Below, piece after piece: positions 12,230 through 23,171 of a stretch of 64,000 nt of DNA (position 1 is its first letter; each line of letters begins with the position of its first letter). The position numbers and the translations under genes are program-made. Source of the DNA: an uncultured Acidobacteriota bacterium (lineage in GTDB: Bacteria > Acidobacteriota > UBA6911). The stretch is from the NCBI GenBank assembly GCA_963827655.1, contig CAWHCF010000023.1, forward strand, positions 32,001 to 96,000, written 5' to 3'. Under the pieces are notes generated by a model. The model searched no databases. It was not told where the DNA came from and was given only the letters and a program-made list of their open reading frames with translations.

Positions 12230-14646
12230 AGATAAACTCACTCATGTTGAACATCAGAAGGCACAGCCGCTGCAAGGAGTTCCGCTGGACATAATCGAGT
12301 GCCGTCTGCACGTTCCTCGGCAGTCGGCGAACGCCCGAATGCCAGCCGCCATCCAGCCTCGACCGAAGCTTCCGGATTTTCGCCGGCTTGTTTCTTGATG
12401 CGTGCGGCGAACTGCGCCGCTTGCGCCACGGTGAACTCGCTGTTCATGAGCGCCAGCGCCTGCGGCGCCACAGTTGAGCTTTCCCGGCGGGCGACAACTC
12501 GTCGCCGTATCAGGCGCATCAAAGATCTGCAGCATCGGCAAAGTCAGGGATCGCTTCATTTGCAGATAGATGCTGCGGCGGTTGTGTTCGTTGGGGTCCG
12601 GGTTTGCGGGCCAAAGTTGGGGCATGCGCGCCGCCTGTATCTCTTCTTTGGTGAGCGGCGGAATCACACCCACGCCGCCCATCTTCAGGTTCAGAGTGCC
12701 GGCGACCGCCAGAACGGTATCGCGTATCGCATCGCCATCCAGCCGGCGCCGGTTCATGCGGCTGAGATAGCGATTCTCCGGATCTTTCTGGAGACTTTCC
12801 TCATCCGCAACGCTTGACGCCCGGTAGGTATTAGAAAGCATGATCAGCCGGTGCATCTGCTTGATGCTCCAGCCTCGCTCGGCGAACTCCACCGCCAGCC
12901 AGTCCAGCAATTCGGGATGAGTGGGCGGTTCTCCCTGGCGGCCGAAATCGTTGGGTGTTGTGACGATGCCGTTGCCAAAGTGGCCCTGCCAGATGCGATT
13001 CACCATGACGCGGCCCAGCAGCGGTTGGTCCGGAGAGGTCAACCACAGCGCCAGAGCCTTGCGGCGCTGCGGAACAAAAAGAACACCCTTGGGCTCGTCG
13101 ATCGGCGGACCCGGATTCAGAGCCGAGAGGAACCCGGGCTCGACCTTTGTCGCCTTTCTTCTTGAAATCACCCCGCATGAGAATGTGCGTGTCAGGCACG
13201 ACTTCTTCATGCGCCAGAACGTTGGCCGTAGGATACCGTTCGGGGGCCCGCAGATAGGCCTCGGCGAGCTTCTGCAGGAGCGCGGCGCGTTGCGGATCGG
13301 GCGTTGCGCCCGCGCGGAGGATGCGACGGCGTCGGCATCCGTCGGATCGCTTCCTGGGCCTGCGCTTGCTGTTGCTGCCGCACGCGCCTCCGCGGCTGCT
13401 GCCGCGCCGCGCCGCCGCCCCGGCCATCTGCTTCAGCACCTGCGCCTGGGCCAGCAACGGGAAGTTACGCGTGTTGGTTTGAACATCGAAGAGACTCCCC
13501 AGCGGAATCTCGCGCTCCACGCTGCCGGCGAACAGCGCCGTCATGCGGTAGTAATCGCGCTGGCTGATCGGGTCGAACTTGTGATCGTGGCAACGCGCGC
13601 ACGCCGACGGTGAGTCCCAGAAACGCCGCGCCCGACCGTATCAACGGCGTCAGCCTGCCATTCCGCCCGAAACTGGTCGCCGTAGTAGGTGAACTCGATC
13701 GGAAAGGAGCCAAGCGTGAACAGACTGGTGCCGATGCGCCGGTTGACGTTTTCCTGCTTTCTCTTTCGGCAGCTTGAGCGTTCCTTCCAGATCCATATTG
13801 GTGGACCACAACTCGTCCGCGGCGATCTGCTCCTGAACGAACGTGTTATACGGCTTGTCGTCGTTGAAGGAGTTGATCACCCAATCGCGATAGCGCCAGG
13901 CCGTGGTGAAAAAGTGGTCGGTCTCAAATCCGGAGGTATCGGCATAGCGAACCAGGTCCAGCCAGTAGCGGCCCCAGCGCTCGCCATAGCGCGGCGACGC
14001 CAGCAGGCGATCGATCAGCTTTTCATAGGCGTCGCTGCGATTGATCATTGACGAACTGCTCCACCTGCTCGGGCGAGGGAGGCAGACCGTGCAGATCGAA
14101 ATAGGCCCGGCGCACCAGAGTGCGGCGATCGGCCTGGGGCGCCGGGCGTAATCCATTCTGCTCCAGTTTGGCGAGAATGAAGGCGTCAATCGGATTCCGG
14201 ACCAGAGCGGGATTTTTTACCGCGGGCACCGGTGGCGGCACCGGCTTTCGGAAAGACCACCACGACGCCGCAGCAGTCGCCGGGGTAGATTCCCAGCGCG
14301 CGCCGGCGTTGATCCAGTCGCGCAGCGTCCGTATTTCGGATTCCGCGAGCGGAGCCTTCCCGGGCGGCATCTTAAGCTCGCCTTGCCGGGTGACCGCTTT
14401 GTAGAGTATGCTCGCTTCAGCATTGCCTGGCACGACCGCGGGACCCCGCTTGCCGCCCTTCAGGATCGTTGCCAGCTCGCGCAGGTCGAGATCTGAAGTT
14501 CGGAGGTCGCCGTGGCAGGTAAGGCAATTTGCCTCCAAGATGGCCTTGGCCGACTTTTCGACCGAATTGGACTGACCGAACGCGAAGGCCAGGAGGCTTC
14601 CCAGCAGCAACCCTGTCCCAAGCCGGACAAAGAGGAACCGAAGCAT
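12219..14646 (-). CDS. Planctomycete cytochrome c / DUF1549 / DUF1553 protein (frameshifted)
   Basis: CLTCH; [18 protein letters not shown]; CHDHKFDPI; [13 protein letters not shown]; [11 protein letters not shown]; pieces in several frames. Confidence 0.88.
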
Positions 14647-14743
14647 GACTTTCCTCGGGGTGGACCGACTGCGACATTATACAACATAGCCGGCGCTTCG
14701 AGTCTTCGTGTCTTAAAAGACTCAAGACACCAAGGAACAAACA

Positions 14744-15697
14744 ATGCACTATCTCAAGAGCTGCCTTAAAGAGTTCCCCGAAATCTGCAAGAAGAAGTAC
14801 GGTGTCGTATTCGACCTCGCGTCGATCGAGCGCAAGGTTGCGGATCTCCGGCGACAAAGTCCTCTTACCTATAAGGACCTGAAAAATTTCGAGTCTCCTG
14901 AACATTGGCGGTTCACAAGATTCTGGGTATTTCCGCCGGAGGAGCAACTCGGGCCGGCCCTCAAGGGTGTCACGTTTGACTTCTGGAATCTGCCCGGGAA
15001 AAAAGAAGAAAATCTCATCAGGGAACTTCTTCATGCTTTCAAGGCGATAGAACTTGTGTCCATCATTCTGCGCTTCATAAGGCCGGAAAACTACGCCATC
15101 TTCAGTTCACCTACCGAGAGGCTGCTGGATAGTCGTCGGGGCAGAGACCCGGTTGAAACATATGTAAACTACTTGACTGACTTGCGGTCGATACGGAAGC
15201 AATACGGCTTTGAATCGCGTCGCCGATGTCGACATGGCTCTCTGGGTCTTGCATGAGAAGTGCTACGGGACTCACAAGGATCCCGAGATCGAGAGGGCAT
15301 TTTCAAGCGATGCATTCCTGTTGCGTCTGATTGCGAAGAACCTTGCATCTCGTCTGAAAGATCTCTCCCACGCTCAACTGGCCAATGCTCTCCGCGAAGT
15401 AAAGCCTGATCTTGCGGCAGTGATAGCTTGTTATGCGCTGGAGATTTCGATTCGGAAGCTGGCAGGGGCCTACGGTACGCCCTCAAGGGTTGCACGCTCA
15501 AAGAGGTCATCGATGGAATGCCTGACTGAGGCGGTGTGGACGACCTGCGTAAAGGCAACTGGATATCGTTGAAGAAGATTAGAGACAACCTGTTCCACGA
15601 AGGACAAATACCGATCGATATGAAGATCGACCGGTTGATTAAAGAGGTTTTGCTCCTCGAGGAAAACTTGAAAAGAGCTGCCGCACGCATGGGATGA
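14744..15697 (+). CDS. Hypothetical protein: HhH/OGG-like N-terminal region plus putative C-terminal HEPN (frameshifts and one in-frame stop)
   Basis: SIILRFIRPENYAIF..YVNYLTDLRSIR..RVADVDMALW; IACYALEISIRKL helix and RDNLFH (RxxxxH) at 15581-15598. Confidence 0.5.
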
Positions 15698-15751
15698 TGC
15701 GGCTGATAACACAATTCCGGGGTTCGTGTCGGCGGCAGAATGCTCGCTTAC

Positions 15752-16543
15752 TCAAGGAAGCCCCCTCGTATCCCTGTGTGACGGTCGCTTGAAGCGCAGC
15801 AGGTTGGCGATGCTCCGTTGCGGGTTCAAGATGACGCGCAGGAGCCGTGCCTGTCCTGTGCTCTTGCCCTGCTCGAGCTTCCGAATGAGCTTCTTGTCGA
15901 GGTAGTCCTCGAGCAGGATCATGCCGAGGCCACCCACCGGCGTCACCACGAGGTCGACGTAACCCATGGTGCCGCGGTCGTAGCCCACGTTGCCAATGCC
16001 TGCTTCTCCCCAGGGTGCGAGCTCGTAGGTGGTACTGTACAGCGCCGCCCAGCCGAATGCCTTGAAACGGCTCATCCAGTACGCGCGGTTCCGGGGATCC
16101 CACTCGAGCGCGAGACCGTGAGGATCGTTCTGAATCTGAATGTAGCCTGTGATGCCGCCCATCATCGGATGCCCAACATAGTTCGTGATTATGGGGTTGC
16201 CGTCGTTCCATCCGCTCAAGCCGGCAACCGAATGCTTGTAGTCAGGCCAGAACGGCCCATCGAGGTGCGCCCGTGTCTTTTCCTGCGCCATGCGTAACGA
16301 GTGCTGTATCCCGAGCAGCAGTCCAGATTGTCCCAGAGCGCCTTTCCAGTTGAAGCGCGAAGAGGCGCTTTCCGCCTGGCGCGATGGTTGTCCGATGCCC
16401 AAGCCTTCGTGCTGTTCACAGGCCGGGCTGTGAGATATCGTCTCCGGAAACACGTTGCCGGTTTGAGGTTCCGCCCAACCGGCAAGCACCGCGCAAAGCA
16501 AGTATCCAGGAAGCAGGGCCAGACGAGTTAGAAGCGCAACCAT
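15752..16543 (-). CDS. Exported/membrane hypothetical protein (DUF3943-like)
   Basis: Signal peptide; WNDGNPIITNYVGHPMMG, YSTTYELAP, DLVVTPVGG. Confidence 0.6.
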   Translation of the reverse strand: MVALLTRLALLPGYLLCAVLAGWAEPQTGNVFPETISHSPACEQHEGLGIGQPSRQAESASSRFNWKGALGQSGLLLGIQHSLRMAQEKTRAHLDGPFWPDYKHSVAGLSGWNDGNPIITNYVGHPMMGGITGYIQIQNDPHGLALEWDPRNRAYWMSRFKAFGWAALYSTTYELAPWGEAGIGNVGYDRGTMGYVDLVVTPVGGLGMILLEDYLDKKLIRKLEQGKSTGQARLLRVILNPQRSIANLLRFKRPSHRDTRGLP

Positions 16544-16674
16544 GGCTTGTCTAAACCGCCCTAATGCCGCAACAAGACGTCGCCAGCACCGATCGGCTGC
16601 CGACAGGGGCCAGCGCGTGGCGCTCTCGTGTTCTTGGGGCCTTCGGCTGCACCCGGCGGCGAGCCGTCTTCCAG

Positions 16675-17661
16675 TCAGCCTCGCGCGGCCTGCTGCGCAG
16701 GGGGTGCTGTCGTGAATCTGCGCACACGATCGGCGTTCTCGGCCACCTGGTCGCTGTAGCGAGGATACATGCCGATGATGATTCCGTCGCTCGGCTTGAT
16801 GTTTTCCAGCGCGAAGCGGAAGGCAGCATCGATGTCCCGCGGCGAATCGGTCAGCCGGCCGGCGGCCAATACCTTGTAGGCGAGGCAGGGCTTCGAAGTC
16901 TTGCGGATCGCGGCGCACATGCGGGGCGGGTCCTCGGGCAGGTAGATCTCGCCCAGGGGACGGCTTCCCAGCACCTTCTTGAACTCATCGGGCGAACGCG
17001 TCAGGAAATAAAGAGCCGTCATGTAGAAATCGACATCCCACTGCTCCGACTCGGACTGCTCCAGGAAGAGGGGGTCGTGTGTGGAAAGACCGACCAGGAC
17101 GCCGTTGTCGCGAACCGCCTTGAGAAAGTCCTTCACCAGGCCGAGCTTTCCCTCCCGCCGTTTCCTCTCGGCCGACCCGCCGTGGTGGACAATGCCGATC
17201 GGCTTCTGTTTGATCACCTCGCCGATGAGGCGATGGTCATCCTCGATCTCGCGGTGGCTGAGGAGAATCCATTTCAGGTTGCCGCCGCGCCTGCGGTGCT
17301 CGCCGAGGTCTTTCATGGCACGCTCGTGATGCGAGAACTGCCAGGTGTTGATCCCTTGAGTCTCGCACCGCTGCAGCAGGTCGCAAACATGATCGGGCGT
17401 GGACCATTCCAGCATGTGAGAGTTCAGGAGTCTGTTGAAGTGGGAGTAACCGTGAATCGGATTGCTGCCGATGATCAGGCGCGAGACTTCGTGAGTGCCG
17501 AGGCGGATCATGGGTAGGGAGGCAGGGCTCGCGGGCGCCGCAGCCGGCGTCGCCGGCGGGCGCATGGCGGCACGCGCCTCCGCGTCCGGATCGCACATGA
17601 TCGCAAAGCCGGCGGCAAGGCCGGTGGCGGATTTGAGAAAGGCACGACGTTTTTTGCTCAT
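16675..17661 (-). CDS. Tat-exported protein with aldo/keto-reductase-like TIM barrel N-terminus
   Basis: KRRAFLK Tat motif; LPMIRLGTHEVSRLIIGSNP; PCLAYKVLAAGR. Confidence 0.6.
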   Translation of the reverse strand: MSKKRRAFLKSATGLAAGFAIMCDPDAEARAAMRPPATPAAAPASPASLPMIRLGTHEVSRLIIGSNPIHGYSHFNRLLNSHMLEWSTPDHVCDLLQRCETQGINTWQFSHHERAMKDLGEHRRRGGNLKWILLSHREIEDDHRLIGEVIKQKPIGIVHHGGSAERKRREGKLGLVKDFLKAVRDNGVLVGLSTHDPLFLEQSESEQWDVDFYMTALYFLTRSPDEFKKVLGSRPLGEIYLPEDPPRMCAAIRKTSKPCLAYKVLAAGRLTDSPRDIDAAFRFALENIKPSDGIIIGMYPRYSDQVAENADRVRRFTTAPPAQQAARG

Positions 17662-17757
17662 GATCGTAGCTCCTTCAGGTTCGGCTTATTGCTGAGGGTA
17701 ACCCATCACTGACTCGCCTGCGAGAAGATTCGGCCTTCTGTCGCGAAACTCAGGCCA

Positions 17758-17782
17758 GTAGGCCCAGGGCGTGAGCCCTGGG
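17758..17782 (+). repeat. GTAG-type REP-like palindrome
   Basis: GTAG followed by CCCAGGGC-GTGA-GCCCTGGG hairpin in intergenic DNA. Confidence 0.55.
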
Positions 17783-17879
17783 TCTGAATACCGAGTTGCT
17801 TGCAATCCGGGTTGGAGACACAGGCCGCATTCCATGCATGGTTTCGTGTACTAACCCCAAAACTTCGCTTGTAAACCAG

Positions 17880-18364
17880 TTACTCGCCGGCCAACTCGAG
17901 CACTTCAGCACGGACCGCGTCGGATATGAAGAACCCTAATTCATTCTGAGCCGATCCAGCAGCGGCCCCAGAGGTCCAACAAGGTTCTGTTGCTTCGCCC
18001 GCAGGAGGATCCCTAGCACACCGAGTGGCAGCAGACCGCGCTGGCGAGCGAGGGCCCGGCCCGCGGCTTCGTCAATAAGCACCGCATCGGCGTGAACTTC
18101 GACGGCCAGGGCCAGAGCTTCAGCCTCACCCGGGCCGATAGTCAGGAGTAGATTCTCCACGACAGCTCGGTCCCGCGGTGCAACGATCCGGACAAAAACC
18201 AAGCCCCGTAAAAAGATTGGTGAGAACCTCGAACGGGGTTGCTCCAACTCTGCGGCCACAGCTGGCGGGACCAGCACTTCACCGAAGAGGGCGTGGAGCA
18301 GTTCCACGCACCCCAGGTGCGCGAGTGCTCTGATTAGAGAAGTGTCGCTGACGACGATGGACAA
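17880..18364 (-). CDS. DUF3368 PIN-like protein (C-terminal frameshift)
   Basis: VVSDTSLI, GPGEAEALALA, LIDE, GVLGILLRAK; tail GFFISDAVRAEVLELAGE in the adjacent frame. Confidence 0.85.
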
Positions 18365-18366
18365 GG

Positions 18367-18615
18367 CTAAACTTTCAGCCGTTCCAGAGTGACCAGATCT
18401 TCGGCCAGGTCTGTAGGCTGTGGCCGGTAGATTGGAATTCCCCGCTGGAGCAGGGCATCTTCAATTCCGTTGCGATCGAGCCCTGCCAACTTCGCCGCTG
18501 ACCAGAGCGTCAGCTTACCAGCGTCGAAGAGCCTGCAGGCAAATTCAACCAAAACTTCACGCTCGGTCAGGCCAGCTTCCTGCAATACGTCGTCTGGAAT
18601 GGTAAAGGTTGGCAT
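18367..18615 (-). CDS. UPF0175 family antitoxin-like HTH protein
   Basis: LFDAGKLTLWSAAKLAGLDR..L..RGIP; SD AAGGAGG; upstream of DUF3368. Confidence 0.85.
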   Translation of the reverse strand: MPTFTIPDDVLQEAGLTEREVLVEFACRLFDAGKLTLWSAAKLAGLDRNGIEDALLQRGIPIYRPQPTDLAEDLVTLERLKV

Positions 18616-18736
18616 GATTACCACCTCCTTGCGACATCTTAGCCTCTCCTAGTTGCCGACGGAAGCTTGTTGCCAAGATTTCGACCAATGCCCCGACCTT
18701 GCAAGCGGCAAAGATCCTGGCGCGGCGGATGCCAGC

Positions 18737-19999
18737 TTACAGAGGAATCGCGCCGCGCGGGACGTTTTTGTAGACCCTGCCTCCCTTCATCACGAATACG
18801 ACGCGCCGCACGGCCGCGATGTCCTTCAGCGGGTCGCCATCGAGCGCGATGATGTCCGCCTCCAGGCCGGGCGCAATCGAACCGATCTGATCGGCCATTC
18901 CCAGTGCTTCCGCACCGAGTGAGTTGGCGGAGACCATCGCCGCCATCGGCGTCACGCCGCAGTCGCGCACGCGATTGATAAAGTCCTCGGCGTTTCGCCC
19001 GTGCACGCCCGCGACGGCATCGGCGCCGAAAACGATCTTCAGTCCTGGAATCTTCAGCGCGCGTCGTATCAGTTCGTGGTTGATCGGCAGGACCTTCTCG
19101 GCGGAGGTCACGAAGTCCTGCGGGTTGGCCGGGAAGAAGGGTGTGCCGGCGAACTTATCCCGGTACAGTCGATAGGTCTCGATCGTCAGCCCGGCTTGCG
19201 GATCGAAGTACGTCCCTCGTTCGGCCATCAGCTTCAGATCCTCGTCGGTCGCACCGACACCGTGCTCAATCTGCGTGCATCCGGCGAGAGTTGCCGCGCG
19301 GACCGCCTCTCGGTAAGCGTGTACCAGCGTGCGCAGGCCCTGCTTCCTGGCTTCGTCACACGCGGCATTCAGTTGCTCCTGTGACATCGTCATCGCGCCC
19401 TGGAGTATGCTCCCGCCCGTAAAGATCTTGATCAGGTCCGCGCCCGACTCCTTTTGCTTCCGCACGTAGGCGCGGATTTCATCGGGCGTGCCGGTCTCGG
19501 CGCCGCGGCCCGTGAGCGCCTCGCCGGCCGTCAGGATGCGTGGGCCGGGAGCAGGCCTCTCGCGATGGCATCGCGCAAGGGAACGTCCAGAGGGGGAGCC
19601 CACGCTCTGCACCGTGGTGAACCCCCCCATCAGCGTCACCCACGCATTCGAGGCCGTGGAGTATGCAGCCTCCTGCGTGGTTCCTCCCCCGCCTACATTT
19701 TTCCCGTCCTTGCCGAAGCTCCAGGTGATGTGGACGTGCGCGTCGATCCAACCCGGCAGCACGGTCAGGCCGCGCAGGTCGTAGTCCACGGGACGGGCCT
19801 TACGGTCGAGCGCGACGATCTTCGAGCCCTCGACCACTATCCGAGTGTCGCGCAGCACGGTCCCTTTGCCGTCGAGCACCGCGCTCGCGGCGAGTACGAT
19901 GCGTTTGGTCTGGGCGGGCGTCTGGGCCGAGACTCCTTGTGCACGGGCGCAAACGCCCAGAATGCTGAGGATGCATAGAAGGATCTTCACGGATTGCAT
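18737..19999 (-). CDS. Exported amidohydrolase (Xaa-Pro dipeptidase-like)
   Basis: PGWIDAHVH, GADLIK, IEHG, GSIAPGLEADIIA; signal peptide. Confidence 0.88.
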   Translation of the reverse strand: MQSVKILLCILSILGVCARAQGVSAQTPAQTKRIVLAASAVLDGKGTVLRDTRIVVEGSKIVALDRKARPVDYDLRGLTVLPGWIDAHVHITWSFGKDGKNVGGGGTTQEAAYSTASNAWVTLMGGFTTVQSVGSPSGRSLARCHRERPAPGPRILTAGEALTGRGAETGTPDEIRAYVRKQKESGADLIKIFTGGSILQGAMTMSQEQLNAACDEARKQGLRTLVHAYREAVRAATLAGCTQIEHGVGATDEDLKLMAERGTYFDPQAGLTIETYRLYRDKFAGTPFFPANPQDFVTSAEKVLPINHELIRRALKIPGLKIVFGADAVAGVHGRNAEDFINRVRDCGVTPMAAMVSANSLGAEALGMADQIGSIAPGLEADIIALDGDPLKDIAAVRRVVFVMKGGRVYKNVPRGAIPL

Positions 20000-20068
20000 G
20001 ACCGGTCCTCCCTCGGCTCGCTAAAAACGCGTTCTCTGGGTTCTATCACGACGGCAAAACTTGAAGCT

Positions 20069-20689
20069 TTATCGCATGAGGATCGCCCTGACCGGAGAGC
20101 CGTCCAGACCGGCAAACTTGAGCGGCAGGCAGACCAGTCCATAGTCTCCATCAGGCACGTGAGCCAGGCGCGTCCCCTCGAGAATGGCCACTCTGTGACC
20201 GAGGAGAACTTTGTGGGAGCGCAATGACTTGCTTTCGTATGCGTCAACCGAAGGGGTATCGGTGCCAACCAGAAGCAGAGCGCGCCGCCCAAGAAATTCG
20301 GCGCCATCCTCGGATAGATAAGCGAACTCGGGGTCGAATTGATCCTCAGGCAGGTTGCTGGAACGGGTTTTGAACAACACCCGCTCCACGCCATCCCAAT
20401 TCAGACGCTCGAGCTCCGCATGTGTGATGCATTCCGCAACGTCCATTGAGACCACACGAACGGGGCCAAGGTAATGCCGCAGCGGGACCGCAGCGATGTC
20501 GATCCCCGATTCTTCGAGGTGAAAGGGAGCATCCAGGTGGGTTCCAGTATGGATGCTCATGGTTACCGCCGATACATTACACGCGTCCCCGTCGTGAAGC
20601 CGCATGGTGCAGTGACGGCGAAACTCCTGGTCTCCTGGCCACACTGCGATCCCCTCTCGTAGGGTCTGAGAAATATCGTAGATCTCCAT
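20069..20689 (-). CDS. kynB: Cyclase family protein / kynurenine formamidase
   Basis: HTGTHLDAPFH, VGTDTPSVD, ILEG, DGSPVRA. Confidence 0.8.
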   Translation of the reverse strand: MEIYDISQTLREGIAVWPGDQEFRRHCTMRLHDGDACNVSAVTMSIHTGTHLDAPFHLEESGIDIAAVPLRHYLGPVRVVSMDVAECITHAELERLNWDGVERVLFKTRSSNLPEDQFDPEFAYLSEDGAEFLGRRALLLVGTDTPSVDAYESKSLRSHKVLLGHRVAILEGTRLAHVPDGDYGLVCLPLKFAGLDGSPVRAILMR

Positions 20690-21123
20690 CAGGTTCTCGG
20701 AGTCGCGGATTCTCTGTGCTGGGTTCGGGTTTCTTGCCTTTACTGCCGACTCACCAAGATTCGTCCGCTACTCCTGTCCGGCCTCGACTTGACCTCGAGG
20801 AGTTGGAATGGTCCCGCCGGTCATTGGCACTGGCGGCTTGGGTTTTGAAGCTACCACCGCGGCGGCCGAGGTTCAAGACCAACGGCACGGAGGTTTCATT
20901 AACAAGAAGACGATGCGTGCACGCCGGTGAGCCGTCGAAGAAGTTGAGAATCCGTGACAGGGTCTGAAGCAAATACCAAAAACGCGCTTGCCCGGGCAGA
21001 CCGAATTCTGTACCTTCTTCAGCGATCACACGAGGCCGAAGCGCTGCGAAATAAATACCGCTAGGACCAAAGACACGAAGAAACATCAAAAAAGCAGCGG
21101 CTTGATGCCGACCAATCGCGCCC

Positions 21124-22470
21124 GTGACCAGGGAGACGGGATTTTCAGTGACAACTCAATCTGATCGACCCAACCCGATCAACCACCTTCGGTGGTACAT
21201 CGGTGGCTTGCTGTTTCTGTCCACCGTCATCAATTATATCGACCGTCAAACGCTCAGCGTCCTGGCGCCGTACATCAAAAAGGAATATCAGTGGACCAAT
21301 TCCGATTTCTCCTGGTTGGTTATCTCGTTTCGAGTCGGCTATACCGTGGGCCAGACCGCCGTGGGCCGATTCCTGGATTGGATCGGAACCCGTAACGGAC
21401 TAAGTCTTTCGGTAGCTTTCTATTCCGTAGCGGCGATGTTTACGTCGTTGGCGACCGGCTTTCGCAGCTTTTGTTTCTTTCGCTTCTTGCTGGGAACCGG
21501 CGAGGGGGGGAACTGGCCCGGTGCAACCAAGGCAGTGTCCGAATGGTTTCCGCGTCGGGAGAGCGGGTGGGCGGTGGCGCTCTTTGACAGCGGTTCCTCG
21601 ATCGGCGGAGCTGTGGCGCCGTTGCTCGTCTTGTGGATCTATCACGCCTTCGGGAGCTGGCGCCCGGCATTCATCGTGACCGGCGCGCTCGGATTCATAT
21701 GGTTGTTGCTTTTCCGCTGGCTGTACCGTCTTCCCGAGCACCATCCGCGCATTTCGAGCGAGGAACGCGATGTGATACTGACCGATCGAGCCCAGGCGGG
21801 TGATGCTACCGCCAGAAACGACCCGAATCGACTGAGCTATCGTGTGCTGCTGTCTCTGCCACAGACCTGGGGAATCATCCTGGGAAAAACCTTGACCGAC
21901 CCGGTCTGGTTTTTCATCACCGATTGGTTTGCCATTTATCTCGACAGCCAAGGATTCAAGCTGGAAGAGAGCCTGATGGCTTTCTGGGTGCCTTTTCTGG
22001 CAGCCGACGTGGGAAATTTTGCGGGAGGCGGGCTCTCGAGTCACCTGATCAAACGCGGATGGTCCGTCGGAGCCGCGCGGAAATTCGTGATCGTAGTCTG
22101 CGGGATCGGCATGACTCTCATCTTGCCTACGGTCTACGTAACATCATTTCACTGGCTGGTAGCTTGTTTTGCCATCTCCACGCTTGCATACGCTGCTTTC
22201 TCGACCATGGTGCTCAATCTCCCGGCGGATCTCTACCCGACAAGCTCGGTCGCTTCGGTCAGCGGGATGAGTGGCACGGGCGCCGGAATCGGCACGATCA
22301 CGGCGACCTACCTGATCGGGCGAGTTACCGATCGAAGAGTTGCCGCTCGTTACTCTTTCGCGCCGGTCCTGGTGGCGGCCAGCATTGTTCCTCTTCTGGC
22401 AACCGTGGCGGTACTGGCGCTGGTTCGCAATAACGATGCCACGAAAAGAGGCATCGTTAATCCGATATAG
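21124..22470 (+). CDS. MFS transporter (ExuT/hexuronate-like)
   Basis: [31 protein letters not shown]; about 12 TM segments. Confidence 0.88.
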   Translation: MTRETGFSVTTQSDRPNPINHLRWYIGGLLFLSTVINYIDRQTLSVLAPYIKKEYQWTNSDFSWLVISFRVGYTVGQTAVGRFLDWIGTRNGLSLSVAFYSVAAMFTSLATGFRSFCFFRFLLGTGEGGNWPGATKAVSEWFPRRESGWAVALFDSGSSIGGAVAPLLVLWIYHAFGSWRPAFIVTGALGFIWLLLFRWLYRLPEHHPRISSEERDVILTDRAQAGDATARNDPNRLSYRVLLSLPQTWGIILGKTLTDPVWFFITDWFAIYLDSQGFKLEESLMAFWVPFLAADVGNFAGGGLSSHLIKRGWSVGAARKFVIVVCGIGMTLILPTVYVTSFHWLVACFAISTLAYAAFSTMVLNLPADLYPTSSVASVSGMSGTGAGIGTITATYLIGRVTDRRVAARYSFAPVLVAASIVPLLATVAVLALVRNNDATKRGIVNPI

Positions 22471-22542
22471 GGATCCCGCGACGCTTCGCGACGCGCTGGT
22501 AGGATGAAGGCATCGCAACCACGCGTATCACTGGGGTTCCCG

Positions 22543-22902
22543 TTACTCGAATCCAAGGCTGAGTAGCACTGCCTCTCGGATAGGCGGAAGGTATTTCGCT
22601 TCGATCTTTCCGATTCGGCGAATCAACCGGGACTGGCTCACGGTTCGAATGTGGCTCAGGTTGATCGCGCAACGACGCGCGAGTCCATTCTGGGTGCTCG
22701 GATCGACCTTGACCAGAGTGGGCAGATCCTTGATCATACCGGTAATCGCCGCAACGATCGTGGTATTAGCGTACCGGTTTCCGAGATCGTTCTGTAGAAC
22801 TAGCGCCGGGCGGATCTTTCCGATCTCAGAACCCTCAACCGGATCGAACCTCACTTGCCAGATCTCACCGCGTTGGACCGTTTTCTTCCTCGTCGAGTCC
22901 AT
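22543..22902 (-). CDS. mazF: MazF/PemK endoribonuclease toxin
   Basis: RGEIWQVRFDPVEGSEIGKIRPALVLQND..TIVAAIT. Confidence 0.92.
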   Translation of the reverse strand: MDSTRKKTVQRGEIWQVRFDPVEGSEIGKIRPALVLQNDLGNRYANTTIVAAITGMIKDLPTLVKVDPSTQNGLARRCAINLSHIRTVSQSRLIRRIGKIEAKYLPPIREAVLLSLGFE

Positions 22903-23122
22903 CGAGCAGAGTGGTATCCCAGAGTCTCAGCTCTTCCGCAAGCCTGCGGTCCGATGCCATCGCTTTGTATCCTTCAATCATCGCCCTCTGGAGTCGACTT
23001 CTGCGATGGGCACGAAGAGCATCGTTGATGAATCCGCTGAGATTCCGCTTTGCCTGATCGGAAACGTACTCCCAAACGTCCGGCTGGAGCGAAATCGTTT
23101 TCTTCACGACTGTCCTTCTCAA
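22865..23122 (-). CDS. Cognate antitoxin (ribbon-helix-helix-like)
   Basis: TTG start after GGAGGT; KKTISLQ..NLSGFINDAL..MIEGYKAMA..WDTTLLDGL; overlaps mazF. Confidence 0.75.
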   Translation of the reverse strand: MRRTVVKKTISLQPDVWEYVSDQAKRNLSGFINDALRAHRRSRLQRAMIEGYKAMASDRRLAEELRLWDTTLLDGLDEEENGPTR

Positions 23123-23139
23123 TAAGCTACCTCCCGCCT

Positions 23140-23171
23140 GGTATGACTCGACGATCATACCATAGGTATGA
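23140..23171. promoter_or_regulatory. Probable autoregulatory operator of the mazEF-like pair
   Basis: Three alternating half-sites GGTATGA (23140), TCATACC (23155), GGTATGA (23165). Confidence 0.65.

Noticed and set aside
15527-15529. Selenocysteine or programmed readthrough at the in-frame TGA
   Set aside because: No obvious SECIS hairpin and no redox-motif context; error or pseudogenisation is more likely.
20690-21123. Short ORFs between kynB and the MFS gene
   Set aside because: No motifs, SD or consistent codon pattern; treated as intergenic.
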